A stretch of 45,574 nt of DNA from Candidatus Micrarchaeota archaeon. GTDB lineage: Archaea; Micrarchaeota; Micrarchaeia; Norongarragalinales; Norongarragalinaceae. Position numbers and translations under genes: made by a program. Under the pieces are notes generated by a model that saw only the letters and a list, made by a program, of their open reading frames with translations, did not search any database and was not told the DNA's origin. The DNA lies in assembly GCA_037444485.1 (NCBI GenBank), contig JBBIMI010000005.1:1-45574 (forward strand). Direction: 5' to 3'. This document shows, one piece after another, positions 17,901 through 27,595 of this stretch. Positions within the stretch are counted from its first letter, which is position 1; each line of letters starts with the position of its first letter.

Positions 17901-20900
17901 ATCAAGCAACTTGACGCCCTTAATTGTTTCTTACTCTGTTGAAGTCTTCAAGCCGCTTGCCGCGTATTCCGGAATGGCTTTCCAATTCAACGAAACCGAC
18001 TTAAAGATTTTCAACGCGAGCACGCCCTTGCCTCCAGAGGGTTTCGAGTGCAAGAACGGCGCTTACTACGTTCTTCCAGACAACAAGACGAAAAGCAATT
18101 TGACTGAAGTGCCGTTCGACGCCTTCAAAAATCCGCTCGTGTTCGACTACAGCCGCCTGCGCGATTGCTACGATTACCCGCCGCTCGGCGGTCCATCAAA
18201 ACAAAAACCTTACTCTTTCAGCGGCGTTCTTTACGCGCTTCCATGGAGCGCTACAGAACACAGCGACTTTAAAACCTTTTTCGCGACAGCAGAATCGCCT
18301 GGCTCGATAACCCCTGAAAACACTGTAACTCACGAATCTTGGTTGAAGATAATCCCGGCTTTTCCGGCCGCTCCACCGCTCTCGCTCTTGACGCTATTGT
18401 TAAGCCAAACGCAGAATGGGGCGTTACGCGAAGAAACTATTGATTCAAGCGAACCATTCAACGCTACCCCAATTAACGCCAGCGAACCATTCATTCCCCT
18501 CGACAGTAACACGAGCCTGGTTTCAGCACGCTTTAACGCGGTGCTCCAGCGCAACGCGTTCGACAACGTTTTCTCGCTTGAAGTGCCGGACTGCAAGCCT
18601 TACTGCCGCGCAGCGCTGAAGGTGGTAGGAGTCGAGTACGGCGGAAAGAATTACACGCGTGCGGACGGCACCGAATTCGACACTGAAGACGGAAAGAAAA
18701 TCGCGTTGAGCGAGGATTACTCGCGCGCCGAGATTCGCGCCGGCGATTTGAGTGAAGGTGACGAGTTCAATGCGTCATTCCTGCTCGCGCCGCTTTCCAT
18801 CGAAGTAGGAGGCTTGCTGGCGTTAAGCCAAATCGTGTTAAAACACGAAGCGCGCGAAGCGAACGGCACGCAGCTCGCGCCAACGCAACGCCAACCGAAA
18901 ACCATCTTGATTCCAGGCGCGAACGTTTCAACGATAAGCTATTTTGCTCCAGGAATAGACAATTGCGGTGGAGCTATTCACGTGAATTACAATACTGCAG
19001 TTAGCTTGCTGAATTTCCAGCAAGGCTGCACCGACTTAGGATTCCGCATCACTCCAATTCTCCCAGCAGACGCGGTTTTCACTAGCGTGAATTCCACTGT
19101 CACGCTACTCGTCAAACCAATCGCTGGCGACTTGAACGCAGTAAATTGTTTTGAATCGTGCAGCGTGGACGACGCTGGAAACGTTGGCGGATGCGCGCCA
19201 GGCTTTAGCGCACTCACCAACACAGGCAGTTACGTTCTGCGTTACAACACTGAATCAGCCTCGTGTCCAGAAGACTTCAAGCTCGTCGGTACTAACAAAC
19301 TCCGCGGCGCAGAACTAACTCTCACCATCAGCGCGCCTGGAGTGCCTGAAGAATTCGCGAAAAAACTCAAGATTCACGTCGTCGCTGAAACAAAACAGGA
19401 AAGCTTGTACGTCGCACCGATTTACGTGAGCTACTCGCTGAAAAGCAAAGGCGAAAAGAAAGCGGTTTACCCGCAAGTCTGGAGCGTCGTAAACCACAAG
19501 CAAATCGGTTCGCGTAGAATAGTAGTCGCTGAACCAGGCGGAGGCGAACTAGAATTCGCTTTCGACGGGCCAGGCACCCAATTCTTTGCTTTCGCGCCAA
19601 CAGGCGGAGCAGAGGGAATAAAAGTTTACGAGATAATGCCGAGCGGTTCACGCAAGCTCGTTCTCGACTCAGAGAACGGCGAGGAAGGCGCGTTAACGCA
19701 AAGCGAGTACTTTGAAGCATTAAAGAAAGATTCAGACAAGCGCTTCGTAAACGCGGTACTGGATTGCGACGAAAACGATTCGAATTGCGTGAAGAACAAG
19801 CAACGGTTCGCTGAATACAACGCGAAAAGCAAGCAACTCTCGAACGAATTCTTGAAAATGCTTTCAGGCAACGAGCCCTTCAACAAAAACATTTTCCAGA
19901 AAATCCGAGAGAAAGCCAAGAAAATCGCGAACACGACTGTCTTCTGGCGCAGTTTTCAACAACAACTATATTGCCGCAACGCGGACGACAACGGCGTTCC
20001 ATGCGTCGGCCGAAGCACTGATCCAGCGTGCTGCAGAGGCTCTATTTACGACTGGGTTAACGTCACCACGCAAAACACGTTCGGCTTACAACAATGCGTT
20101 TTCTGCAACAATACTTGGCGCGGAAACCCGCCAGTATCATGCGAACAAGAAAGCGAGGAATACTTGCCGTGCACGAACCAACCAATAGCAGTGTTCAACT
20201 GCGACCAACGCTGCACTCCGGAAGGAATCGCGTCAGTCAACGACGGCGACTGGATTATTGTTGGAGGTTCAACAAAATACTGTGAAGCTTCAAAGTACAA
20301 GGGAATAACTTCGATAAGTGAGGCTGACGTTCAAGCATGCAAGGAAAACGCGTGTCCAATCGAGTTCGACGACTCTGAAAAACCGTTTTGTTACGCGGAC
20401 TCGAACGGCAACGGGTTCATCGACTTCAACCTAGAAGGCGATTCAATAGAGCCGGCCAGCGCAAGCGAAGGCGTTTACTCTTGCGCGAACGGAAAGAAAA
20501 TAGCGGTTTCAAAAGAATGCGTTGCGTCGTGCGACAACTGGTGCATCGGCCGCACTGAATGCGATTATGCTTGCGGCGAGGACGGCGTCAAGCCAGTTGA
20601 AACTGGTTCGCAGGAAGTGCTCGGCGAAACGCCTGCAGGCGTGAAGCTAGTGACTGTAAAGCTTGACTCAAGCGACCCCGCGTACCAAAAATACAAGCTC
20701 TTGCCGAGGAAAATGTTTTCAGAGTACGGCGACCCATCCAAGTTCCTCTACCATTATTCAATCAACTCTGTCGGCTTCAAGCAAGGGAAAGCTGTTTCAT
20801 TAAAACAAGAACTCGGCTTGAGTGAAGTGAAAGGCTGCAGTGAAACGCAAAAGTACGTTGATGAAGGTTCTTTCCTCATAACGCAGGAAAACGTTCCGGA

Positions 20901-21801
20901 CGTCGGAAGCGGTCAAGAAGAATGGCTTTCGAAAGCCGAAGTAATCACTATTCCGCGCGAAAAGTATTTGGGCGAGCAATGCTTGAAGAACGACGCTAAA
21001 TGGAATTCGGTCGCGCTCTGCGCCCCGCTTTACGTCGACAACTCTCCGCTTTACGGCGCTTGCATCAACAACCTTGCTTTGTTGGCGCCAGAACTTCTTG
21101 AAACAACTTTCTTTGAGATGATTGCAACAAGCAGCGGAAAACCCTTGTTTGTTTACCCGGTTGACTCCGGAGGCGTGATCCAAGGCGATCCTAACGACGA
21201 GCAAGTCAAGAAGAGGTTGCGCGGGTTTTTCTTGAGTGAGAGGGGATACGCTGTCGCTTTCAGGGATTCAAAGAAGGAAGGACACTGGTATTCTACGACA
21301 ACGATTACTCAAGACTTTGATTACTGGAATCCAGTCGGCAAGAAAGGACAAGCGCAACTGGTTTGGAAAACGCCTTGGTGGAAAAAATGGTTGAATTACC
21401 TCAAATACGTGGGCATTGGCGTTGCTATTGTACTAGCTTTCGCTGCATTTGTAGGCGCGGTTAGTGCTACACAGACTGCTATGCATGCTGTAAAAGCAGT
21501 CGGGAAATGGGCTCTGCCTTTACTAAAAAGTTTTGCATTGAAGGGAATACTCCTTAAAGCTGGTATAGTTGGTTTAGGATTTGTAGGCTGGGGTGTTTGG
21601 AGCGTGTTATCACGGCTTTGGTCAAGTGAAGAACCGCTTGGCGCTGGAGAACCATGCATGCCTGGAGAAGCGAGGTACGCGTTAATCGACTCTCTAGGCG
21701 ACGACGATTTCGAGAATTCAGACATCGGCGTTCGAGGCTGTCAAGGCCGTACTTGGCAGGCTTGCACTAAAAACGATTGCTCGCAAAACACTAAACACTA
21801 A
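14986..21801 (+). CDS. Giant membrane-anchored surface protein (2271 aa): carboxypeptidase-regulatory/CnaB-like beta-sandwich repeats, Cys-rich repeats, Pro/Ser linker and C-terminal hydrophobic segments
   Basis: N-terminal TM at about aa 50-75; repeated VxVVD..G..V.NA.V modules; many NxS/T sequons; many Cys. Confidence 0.85.
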   Translation: MALEGVKEKLALVYTALEAKYYALMDWLEAKGLKVYEFFVNPIESRGIPSFPVFVLLVLIVVSLLGFAFYSLFFAPGGKALVVSVESVNGKKVDGASVVMLDGSVKVSENSTVGGKAAFVGLPAKLLSLVVSKSGFKKARKEVDLSAAVETEVVKIILACESSACEETYGNATKPALAFEENARLVVNVVDSSSGESVNARVSVYDAVSNVLLTEVSTVSGVAVVSDLEIGSQVYLKAEADGYLAFDGSKSVKTLEAGSNDVEIRMVPLVEKGCAKGSSAKCVTEDGYPGSKTCGLDNAYGECVATPNYCNPGTKISCTTSDACAGIMTCNSSKLYGDCVKTVPACKNSCTPGDELACTTREGFQGVMTCNSNGLYGECERIPIDCTPGWQISCTAGNACVGKQKCGDDKRWGACVPNDASCVGGNFGSSKVIVVNAEDGKPVSNAFVSVYVVGSSTPLIKDKVTDKNGSVVFNLSTENASAYFAVASKQGFFEEPSNVFYPGENVEVMLEKKTTENSANLSVRVVDVDSNPVPYALVALFRKSVDQPEIVFQIKSVQAADETGIASFNDLKKGSLIIANATLDAQHGSAEKVLSDQTNSLDVQLELPPASITIQATNLLSGAVIEDAEFKAFFKESELSACASPNCTLSVKGLYPIRVEASAPGFSPKPYSATVTLHANENAFLNALLIDDDDVNGSIAVPSNPFVVDAVTGFNVTALKPGHTYSARFQLVTREDAELEQTGFHFSLEPQGIAAVSAFKPFAPQTLGGVLDETLGCGDASPVNASSGLSLSWLDLTFQGAKNLPVEVNFTVSTTTALDPVTHQGILSLKARSFAVNNSQWVRNPFDENYSVSPGEILESGCNAKSDYYNYLVTSLGYSCNELACVFVKFIQAGREGFDGFEASDLKQAVLLYLSGLKQPQATPSPTASPSPEGSPEASPESSPEASPETTPSPSPSPTAVPTVKTNASALASSNLTPLIVSYSVEVFKPLAAYSGMAFQFNETDLKIFNASTPLPPEGFECKNGAYYVLPDNKTKSNLTEVPFDAFKNPLVFDYSRLRDCYDYPPLGGPSKQKPYSFSGVLYALPWSATEHSDFKTFFATAESPGSITPENTVTHESWLKIIPAFPAAPPLSLLTLLLSQTQNGALREETIDSSEPFNATPINASEPFIPLDSNTSLVSARFNAVLQRNAFDNVFSLEVPDCKPYCRAALKVVGVEYGGKNYTRADGTEFDTEDGKKIALSEDYSRAEIRAGDLSEGDEFNASFLLAPLSIEVGGLLALSQIVLKHEAREANGTQLAPTQRQPKTILIPGANVSTISYFAPGIDNCGGAIHVNYNTAVSLLNFQQGCTDLGFRITPILPADAVFTSVNSTVTLLVKPIAGDLNAVNCFESCSVDDAGNVGGCAPGFSALTNTGSYVLRYNTESASCPEDFKLVGTNKLRGAELTLTISAPGVPEEFAKKLKIHVVAETKQESLYVAPIYVSYSLKSKGEKKAVYPQVWSVVNHKQIGSRRIVVAEPGGGELEFAFDGPGTQFFAFAPTGGAEGIKVYEIMPSGSRKLVLDSENGEEGALTQSEYFEALKKDSDKRFVNAVLDCDENDSNCVKNKQRFAEYNAKSKQLSNEFLKMLSGNEPFNKNIFQKIREKAKKIANTTVFWRSFQQQLYCRNADDNGVPCVGRSTDPACCRGSIYDWVNVTTQNTFGLQQCVFCNNTWRGNPPVSCEQESEEYLPCTNQPIAVFNCDQRCTPEGIASVNDGDWIIVGGSTKYCEASKYKGITSISEADVQACKENACPIEFDDSEKPFCYADSNGNGFIDFNLEGDSIEPASASEGVYSCANGKKIAVSKECVASCDNWCIGRTECDYACGEDGVKPVETGSQEVLGETPAGVKLVTVKLDSSDPAYQKYKLLPRKMFSEYGDPSKFLYHYSINSVGFKQGKAVSLKQELGLSEVKGCSETQKYVDEGSFLITQENVPDVGSGQEEWLSKAEVITIPREKYLGEQCLKNDAKWNSVALCAPLYVDNSPLYGACINNLALLAPELLETTFFEMIATSSGKPLFVYPVDSGGVIQGDPNDEQVKKRLRGFFLSERGYAVAFRDSKKEGHWYSTTTITQDFDYWNPVGKKGQAQLVWKTPWWKKWLNYLKYVGIGVAIVLAFAAFVGAVSATQTAMHAVKAVGKWALPLLKSFALKGILLKAGIVGLGFVGWGVWSVLSRLWSSEEPLGAGEPCMPGEARYALIDSLGDDDFENSDIGVRGCQGRTWQACTKNDCSQNTKH

Positions 21802-22127
21802 AACGCCGCTAAACACTAAAACGCTGAACTAAAACGCGCTTCAAAAAAACTTGGCGCTTGAAAAAACCGCATTATAAAAACCGCGTATCGCATTCAAAAA
21901 CCGCGCTCTAAAAAAGAATTTGTTGGCTTTCCCACGCCAAAAAAACGCTTGAAGCCAATTCTTGTTCTTGTTTTGTTTAACTGTTTTGTTTTTGTTCTTT
22001 TTTTGTTTTTGTTTTTTGTTTAGTTGTTTTTGTTTTTTTGTTTAACTGTTTTGCTGTTTTATTTTTGTTTTGATTTTTTTAACTGAAAACCAATGTTTTT
22101 ATTAGCGTAATTGGTTGATTTTTATTC

Positions 22128-25100
22128 GTGGGAGAAGAATACGTTGAAGGCGGGGAAGGGTTTTTCAGCGAAATAAAAAACCGTTTCCTCGACTTTATCG
22201 AATTAGTTAAAGAACGCAAGGCTCTCGCAACAGCTTTAATCGCCGTCATAGTAGTGACGGTAATCGCTTTGCTTGTTTTCGGAAAGCCTTCCTTGGTTGA
22301 CGTTCAAGTGAAAGTAATGCTCGGCAGCACGCTTGCCGAAGACGCGGTCGTACAGTTGTTCGACGCAGGCAACCAAGTTGCAAGCGCTAAAACAATTGCC
22401 GGCGTTGCTTTATTCAAGCAGGTTCCAGTAAAACTCTTGCTAGCGAAAGCAAGCAAGAAGGGAGCTGGAAGCGCACAGAAGGAAATCGATTTGACGACTG
22501 GCGCGCGCGAATTCACGCTGACTTTAAAACAAGAAATCGTTGAAGGACCGGTAAGCGTTTTAGTGATTGACTCGTTGACTAACGCACCGGTCGCTGATGC
22601 GCGCGTCGAATACGCGTTAGAACAGGAAACAGGTAAAGCGGTGACGGACTCGAACGGCACTGCAGCGCTCGCGCTTGCAGGCAGTGGTTTGATTCGCTTG
22701 CGAGTTTCGAAAAACGGTTTCAAAACCAACGTGCTGAGCGTGCTCGCGAGCAAGGAAACAATAATCGTCAAGCTAGAGCCGCTTTCTCTAGAGTTGAACG
22801 TGACGCTTGAAGACAAGGTAAGATTGCAGGAAGGCTTGACGTCCTTCGTTTCTGTAAGCGTTTCAGACGAGGAAGGCGCGCTTGTTGCTGGAGGCACTGC
22901 ACGCGTTTACGACTCTAATTCTCTTTTGTTGCTTGGACAAGCTGAAATCGTTGAAGGAACAGCAGTGATTGGAAACGTGTCGAGTGACGCAAGCGTTTTC
23001 ATCAACGTCGAATCGCCTGGATTCGCGCCTTACTATGGAGTAAACGATTCAAAGCAAGTTGGCGCCGGAGTTTTCTTTAACGTTACGCTTGCTCGGCTTG
23101 CTGTTGACGCTGCTGAAACACGCATTCGCTCTATAAGCGAGGAAGGCAACTTAATTCCATCGAAAATGCGTTTGTTAGTAAAGCCGGCGTCGGTGCTAGC
23201 AGAAAACGAGGGGCTAGGCGAATGGGTTTTGAAAACAGCGCGCGGAATAGAGTACTATGCTGCAGCGAACGCTGAAGGTTTTCTGCCTGCGCGCAGCGAC
23301 GCCTTCTATTCAGGCGACGACGTCACGATTCCAATGATTAAAGCAACTCCCGAAAACTCTGGCTCGTTGACTGTAATAGTTACTGACGAGGACGGAAACG
23401 CGTTGCCTGGCGCAAGCGTTTCGCTCACGACGCGCGACGGTTTATTCGTGTACCCGAAAACAGTTACAAGCGAAAACGGTGTGGCGGCTTTCTCGCCGCT
23501 TGCCCTTGGGGAAGAGTACGCGGTGACAGCAGAGTTTCTTGGCAACACTGCAACTGCGGCAGTCTTTCTCCAAGAAGATTCCACCATGCGCTTAGCGATA
23601 GAGTTGAACGTAGGAATTTTGAGCGTGAACGCGTTCGACACGGTGACGCGCGAGCTTGTCGCAGCAAACGCTTCAGTGTACGAAGGCAAGGTTTTAAAAG
23701 CAAAATGCGTCACTCCGTGCTCTATGCGCGTGCGTGCGGGCCGCGAGTTGAAGCTTAAAGCAAGCGCGCTTGATTACTTAAACTTTGAATCGATTTTTTT
23801 AGTTGAAGTCGGGGAAAAACATTTCTTGAACGCGAGCTTGACTAAAATAAGAGACGCAAACAAGCCGTGGGTTTCGCTTGACTCAGTCGAGAATTTCGAA
23901 GAGAATTCAGGGAACGCTTTAGAAACAAACGCCGCGTTCGCTGAAGGAAGCAGTTACAAAATCAAGTTGAGTTTCGGGGGGCCGAACGAGAGCTCCGCGC
24001 TAGGCGTTTTCTTTCGAGCAGGCAATTTAGAGAACGTCGACCTCGAGCCGGTAGGCGTTACAGAAATTCCGACCGCAAACCTGGTTTACAAGAGCACCGT
24101 TTTTCTTCCGGACGACGCGAACGAGGCAGGCGAGTGCGTTGACTTGCTTGACGACAATACGCTTCCAAGCGCGGACGGTTTGTACAAGTGGTTTGGGTTA
24201 GAGTTTTCAGGAAACTCGAACAGGCGAATAGAATTCGTTTTGAAAGTAAAACCAAACGCTGCTCGCTTCAACGTTTCGCAAACGAGTTTGCATTACAGTT
24301 CTTACGCTGTTGTTGAAAGTGGTGGCGGCAAGGTTTTCTTGCGTTCGCCTGAAGACGCGATTTTAGGAAACAGTTTCTCAAATCCAGCCAAGCAATGGTG
24401 TCACCCGACTGCATTCTCGCGCGCGTTCAACGTTTCTTTCAACGCTTCAAACGTCACGAACGTAACCGCAAACGCGAGCGCGACTCCCAACGCGACCGCG
24501 TTGCCTTCAATCTCGCCGCCGGCAAACTTGACTGAAAGCGCTAGCGTTTGGGTTGATCCCGCGACCGGGGAAGTAAAGTCTAACGTTCAAGAAATAATAA
24601 TGCAAGCAGACTCTATTGTCCCCGCAGACGCGCTTCCATTAGACTTACAGCAACAAGAAGGCTGCACTCTACTCTACCAATTCTCAGGCGAGTTCGCGAA
24701 TTGTTTTGGTTACGATGAAGCAAACAAAAAACTATGGTTTAAAGCGCAAGACTTTAACAACCCGTCATGCGCAGCGGGAGTAAAAGGAAACTCGCTCGAC
24801 TCAGCTGAAGTCACGCTCACGTTAACTACAACATGCACGCAGAAAACGCTTGAACTACCAGTCCGCGTCGAGCCGGCAGGCTTTCAATCTCTTTACGGCG
24901 CGCCTGACTCGCTCTCGCCAGGCCCAGGCAGCGCGAAACTCGTTTACGTGATAAACGAACTGCAAGCGCCGAGAATCATTGAAGTGAAAAACGGGGTTGC
25001 ACGCAACGTGAGCGTAAACGCGGGCAGCGTGGCAAGCATAGCGTGGAGTGGCCCAGGCACGCTTTCACTCTCGCACCAAGGCGAGAACGTCAAGCAGTGG

Positions 25101-26492
25101 ACTTACACTCGAAACGAGCCAGTGTTCGGCGCGCGCGGAGACCTCGGTTCACGCACTAAGTCCTGCAGCGACTTTTTGTGTTGCGCTAGCGCGTGGTGCA
25201 ACCCGACCGCGTTCCAGCAAGCTTTCACAGCGTTTAAAGTTAAAGCCGGCGAAGTAGCTAGCGCAACCGCGTTCAGGCGCGGCGAAGGCGAGCCTTGGAA
25301 TTACTTGACAGGCGGAAAAAACTTTGAGTTCGCTTCAATCGCGCAAGTCGTCGAGCCAGCGAAAGACATTCTGCAGCAGGCTGGCGCACCACAACCGAGC
25401 GTTGTACCAGAAGAATGCAAGCCCGGCAATCCGGCTGTTTACGAACTCCACGCTTCAACCCGCGACTTGAAGTCTTGGAGTTACTCGACGAAAATACTTC
25501 GGCTTGAACACAACCTGCAATCCATTCAAAACACGAGCTTGTGCAACTTCCTGCAGGGCGAAGGCGACAACGTCACGCAATCGCTGAATTCAACGCTCGC
25601 TTCAAACGAGCAAGCGAGCGACGAGCACTCCACTCCGAAAATAATCCCAAGTTTCTTCACGCCCTTATTCCCGCCGACTTTCCAGTCGCAATGCAAGTCC
25701 GCAAACGCGAAATACGTTAAAGCTCAAACGCGGACGAAAGACGCCTTCGTGCTCTGCGCGCAGACTTGTGGACATCCTTCCAATCCTTTTCTTTCAACCG
25801 CGAAAGCCGCTTACACTAAATACTTGGCTTGCTTGAACACTGAATCAGTTACCGCCGAATGCTATAAAGAACTTGAAGCTTCCCTCGCCGCCGCGGGTGG
25901 CTGTGGATGTGTTATTGAACCCCTGCAAGCTGAAGCGGCTGCAGGCGTTGCTTGCGACTCGCTTCACGGAAAATACGTTGACGTTCCAGGAGTTCTCCCG
26001 CTTCGCGTTGCACGCTCTGCTTGCTTTGCTTACTCGAATTCTTGTGTTCAGTACTGTGAGCCGCAGCCAGGATTCGTGCAAATAGTTCCCAACCCGTTCA
26101 CCAACCAGTTGTACTGCATTATTCACTTTGGTTTAACGGAATCATGCACGCCGAAAATCCCGAGCGGAAAAGAAGCGCTGCAAGCAGCGTTATGCATCGC
26201 GCCTTCAATCATGCAAAAGCTTGCAAGCGAGAAAGCGCGCATTCTCTCGTACTGGATTCAATTAATGGCCGTATACCAAGCATTGAAAAAACCGTTAGAA
26301 GAAGCTTCAAAAATCAAGCAAGTGACCAAGCAACCGTTAACGAAAGCTGAAGCCTCTTCAAAAACAGTCAAGCCCGAAGCGCAACAAATGGCGAAAATAG
26401 CGCGAGACGCAAGTCAAGACGCTACACTCAATTCTTTGAGTGACGTGTTTCCAGTTTCGAACTGTCCTCCAAACACTTCCTGCAAGCAGTAG
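22128..26492 (+). CDS. Large membrane-anchored surface protein (1454 aa), paralog of the upstream giant protein
   Basis: N-terminal TM; VTDEDGNALPGASV-type repeats; shares collinear PADA, SLYxAP, VINxxQ and A..T.F.R motifs with 14986..21801. Confidence 0.85.
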   Translation: MGEEYVEGGEGFFSEIKNRFLDFIELVKERKALATALIAVIVVTVIALLVFGKPSLVDVQVKVMLGSTLAEDAVVQLFDAGNQVASAKTIAGVALFKQVPVKLLLAKASKKGAGSAQKEIDLTTGAREFTLTLKQEIVEGPVSVLVIDSLTNAPVADARVEYALEQETGKAVTDSNGTAALALAGSGLIRLRVSKNGFKTNVLSVLASKETIIVKLEPLSLELNVTLEDKVRLQEGLTSFVSVSVSDEEGALVAGGTARVYDSNSLLLLGQAEIVEGTAVIGNVSSDASVFINVESPGFAPYYGVNDSKQVGAGVFFNVTLARLAVDAAETRIRSISEEGNLIPSKMRLLVKPASVLAENEGLGEWVLKTARGIEYYAAANAEGFLPARSDAFYSGDDVTIPMIKATPENSGSLTVIVTDEDGNALPGASVSLTTRDGLFVYPKTVTSENGVAAFSPLALGEEYAVTAEFLGNTATAAVFLQEDSTMRLAIELNVGILSVNAFDTVTRELVAANASVYEGKVLKAKCVTPCSMRVRAGRELKLKASALDYLNFESIFLVEVGEKHFLNASLTKIRDANKPWVSLDSVENFEENSGNALETNAAFAEGSSYKIKLSFGGPNESSALGVFFRAGNLENVDLEPVGVTEIPTANLVYKSTVFLPDDANEAGECVDLLDDNTLPSADGLYKWFGLEFSGNSNRRIEFVLKVKPNAARFNVSQTSLHYSSYAVVESGGGKVFLRSPEDAILGNSFSNPAKQWCHPTAFSRAFNVSFNASNVTNVTANASATPNATALPSISPPANLTESASVWVDPATGEVKSNVQEIIMQADSIVPADALPLDLQQQEGCTLLYQFSGEFANCFGYDEANKKLWFKAQDFNNPSCAAGVKGNSLDSAEVTLTLTTTCTQKTLELPVRVEPAGFQSLYGAPDSLSPGPGSAKLVYVINELQAPRIIEVKNGVARNVSVNAGSVASIAWSGPGTLSLSHQGENVKQWTYTRNEPVFGARGDLGSRTKSCSDFLCCASAWCNPTAFQQAFTAFKVKAGEVASATAFRRGEGEPWNYLTGGKNFEFASIAQVVEPAKDILQQAGAPQPSVVPEECKPGNPAVYELHASTRDLKSWSYSTKILRLEHNLQSIQNTSLCNFLQGEGDNVTQSLNSTLASNEQASDEHSTPKIIPSFFTPLFPPTFQSQCKSANAKYVKAQTRTKDAFVLCAQTCGHPSNPFLSTAKAAYTKYLACLNTESVTAECYKELEASLAAAGGCGCVIEPLQAEAAAGVACDSLHGKYVDVPGVLPLRVARSACFAYSNSCVQYCEPQPGFVQIVPNPFTNQLYCIIHFGLTESCTPKIPSGKEALQAALCIAPSIMQKLASEKARILSYWIQLMAVYQALKKPLEEASKIKQVTKQPLTKAEASSKTVKPEAQQMAKIARDASQDATLNSLSDVFPVSNCPPNTSCKQ

Positions 26493-26732
26493 GCCTCGGG
26501 AGAAAAGGCTTTTTAAACAAGGTTTCCGTAATGAATTTTGGTTTTTCGTAATAAAATTTCGGCGCTTGAATTACAGCGTTTTAACCCGCTTTAGTTTTTT
26601 TTGTTTCAAGCGCTTGAAGCAAACACAAAACAAAATACAAAAAGCTTGCACAAAACTGGAAAAGCGAAAAAAAAGCGTGAAAATTAGTTTGAAAAATAGC
26701 TTGAATTAAAGGGTTTGAGGTGATTTCAAGAA

Positions 26733-27413
26733 ATGGCTTGGGAGGTAGTGAAAGCGAAACTACTTCAAGCATTGACTAACGCTTGGGCTAGCTTCGTCAA
26801 CGCGTTCGCAGATTTAGTTATCCTCGTTGGTTTTCTAATAATCGGTTACATTGTCGGGCGCTTCATAAGCTACCTAGCAAAAAACTTTTTGAAGCGCGTC
26901 AAGTTCGAGGAATGGCTTGAAGAACGCGGGATTGCTGACGCGTTGCCTGGCTTCACGCTCACAAGCGTTTTCGATAAAGTAATCAAACTCGTTACAATCG
27001 CCGTGTTCCTTGGAATCGCGGTTGAGGCCGTCCAACTAGTGTTCGTACGCGACTTAGTAACGTGGTTTATCTGGTACGTGCCGCTGCTCTTGCAGGGACT
27101 CGCAATCTTGATTCTCGCCCTAATAGGCGGGGACTACGTGACAGACCGCATTAAAGCAAGCCACATTCCGTTCGCGCGCTTCATAGGAGTGGCTTTCGAA
27201 GTACTAGTCGTGTACACCGCGCTCGTGATTGCCCTCCCACTGATTCTACCGAATGCTGACGTGGAAATACTCAAAAACGCGTTCACGCTAATAATCACTG
27301 GCGTGGTTGTAGCGTTTTCGCTGGGATTCGCGATCGCGTTCGGACTCGGCGCGAAAGACGTCGTGCGAGACGTAGCGAAAAAGAAAGAGAAAGACTTGGA
27401 GAAACTCTTTTAA
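26733..27413 (+). CDS. Conserved TM-helix repeat membrane protein (MscS-associated/CmpX-like)
   Basis: Two internal repeats (LIIGYIVGRFI / LALIGGDYV); ends GFAIAFGLGAKD; GAGGTGA RBS. Confidence 0.75.
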   Translation: MAWEVVKAKLLQALTNAWASFVNAFADLVILVGFLIIGYIVGRFISYLAKNFLKRVKFEEWLEERGIADALPGFTLTSVFDKVIKLVTIAVFLGIAVEAVQLVFVRDLVTWFIWYVPLLLQGLAILILALIGGDYVTDRIKASHIPFARFIGVAFEVLVVYTALVIALPLILPNADVEILKNAFTLIITGVVVAFSLGFAIAFGLGAKDVVRDVAKKKEKDLEKLF

Positions 27414-27451
27414 GCCCGCTTCCCCCCAACTTTTCCTTTTTTCTTTCTTTT

Positions 27452-27595
27452 TTCCAAGTTTTTTCAATGTTTTCTTTTTTCCAAGGTTTTCTTTCTTTTC
27501 CAAGAAAGAAAAGCTTTTTTCCAAGGTTTTCTTTCTTTTCCAAGAAAGAAAAGCTTTTTTCCAAGGTTTTTTCTTTTCCTAAAAGAAAAAAGCTT
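27452..27595. repeat. Intergenic array of the same hairpin repeat (two 40 bp variant units, one tRNA-Ile-type unit and the T-rich flank) between convergent genes
   Basis: Units at 27481 and 27521 (AAGGTTTTCTTTCTT-TTCC-AAGAAAGAAAAGCTT) and at 27561 (hairpin identical to the tRNA-Ile unit). Confidence 0.95.
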
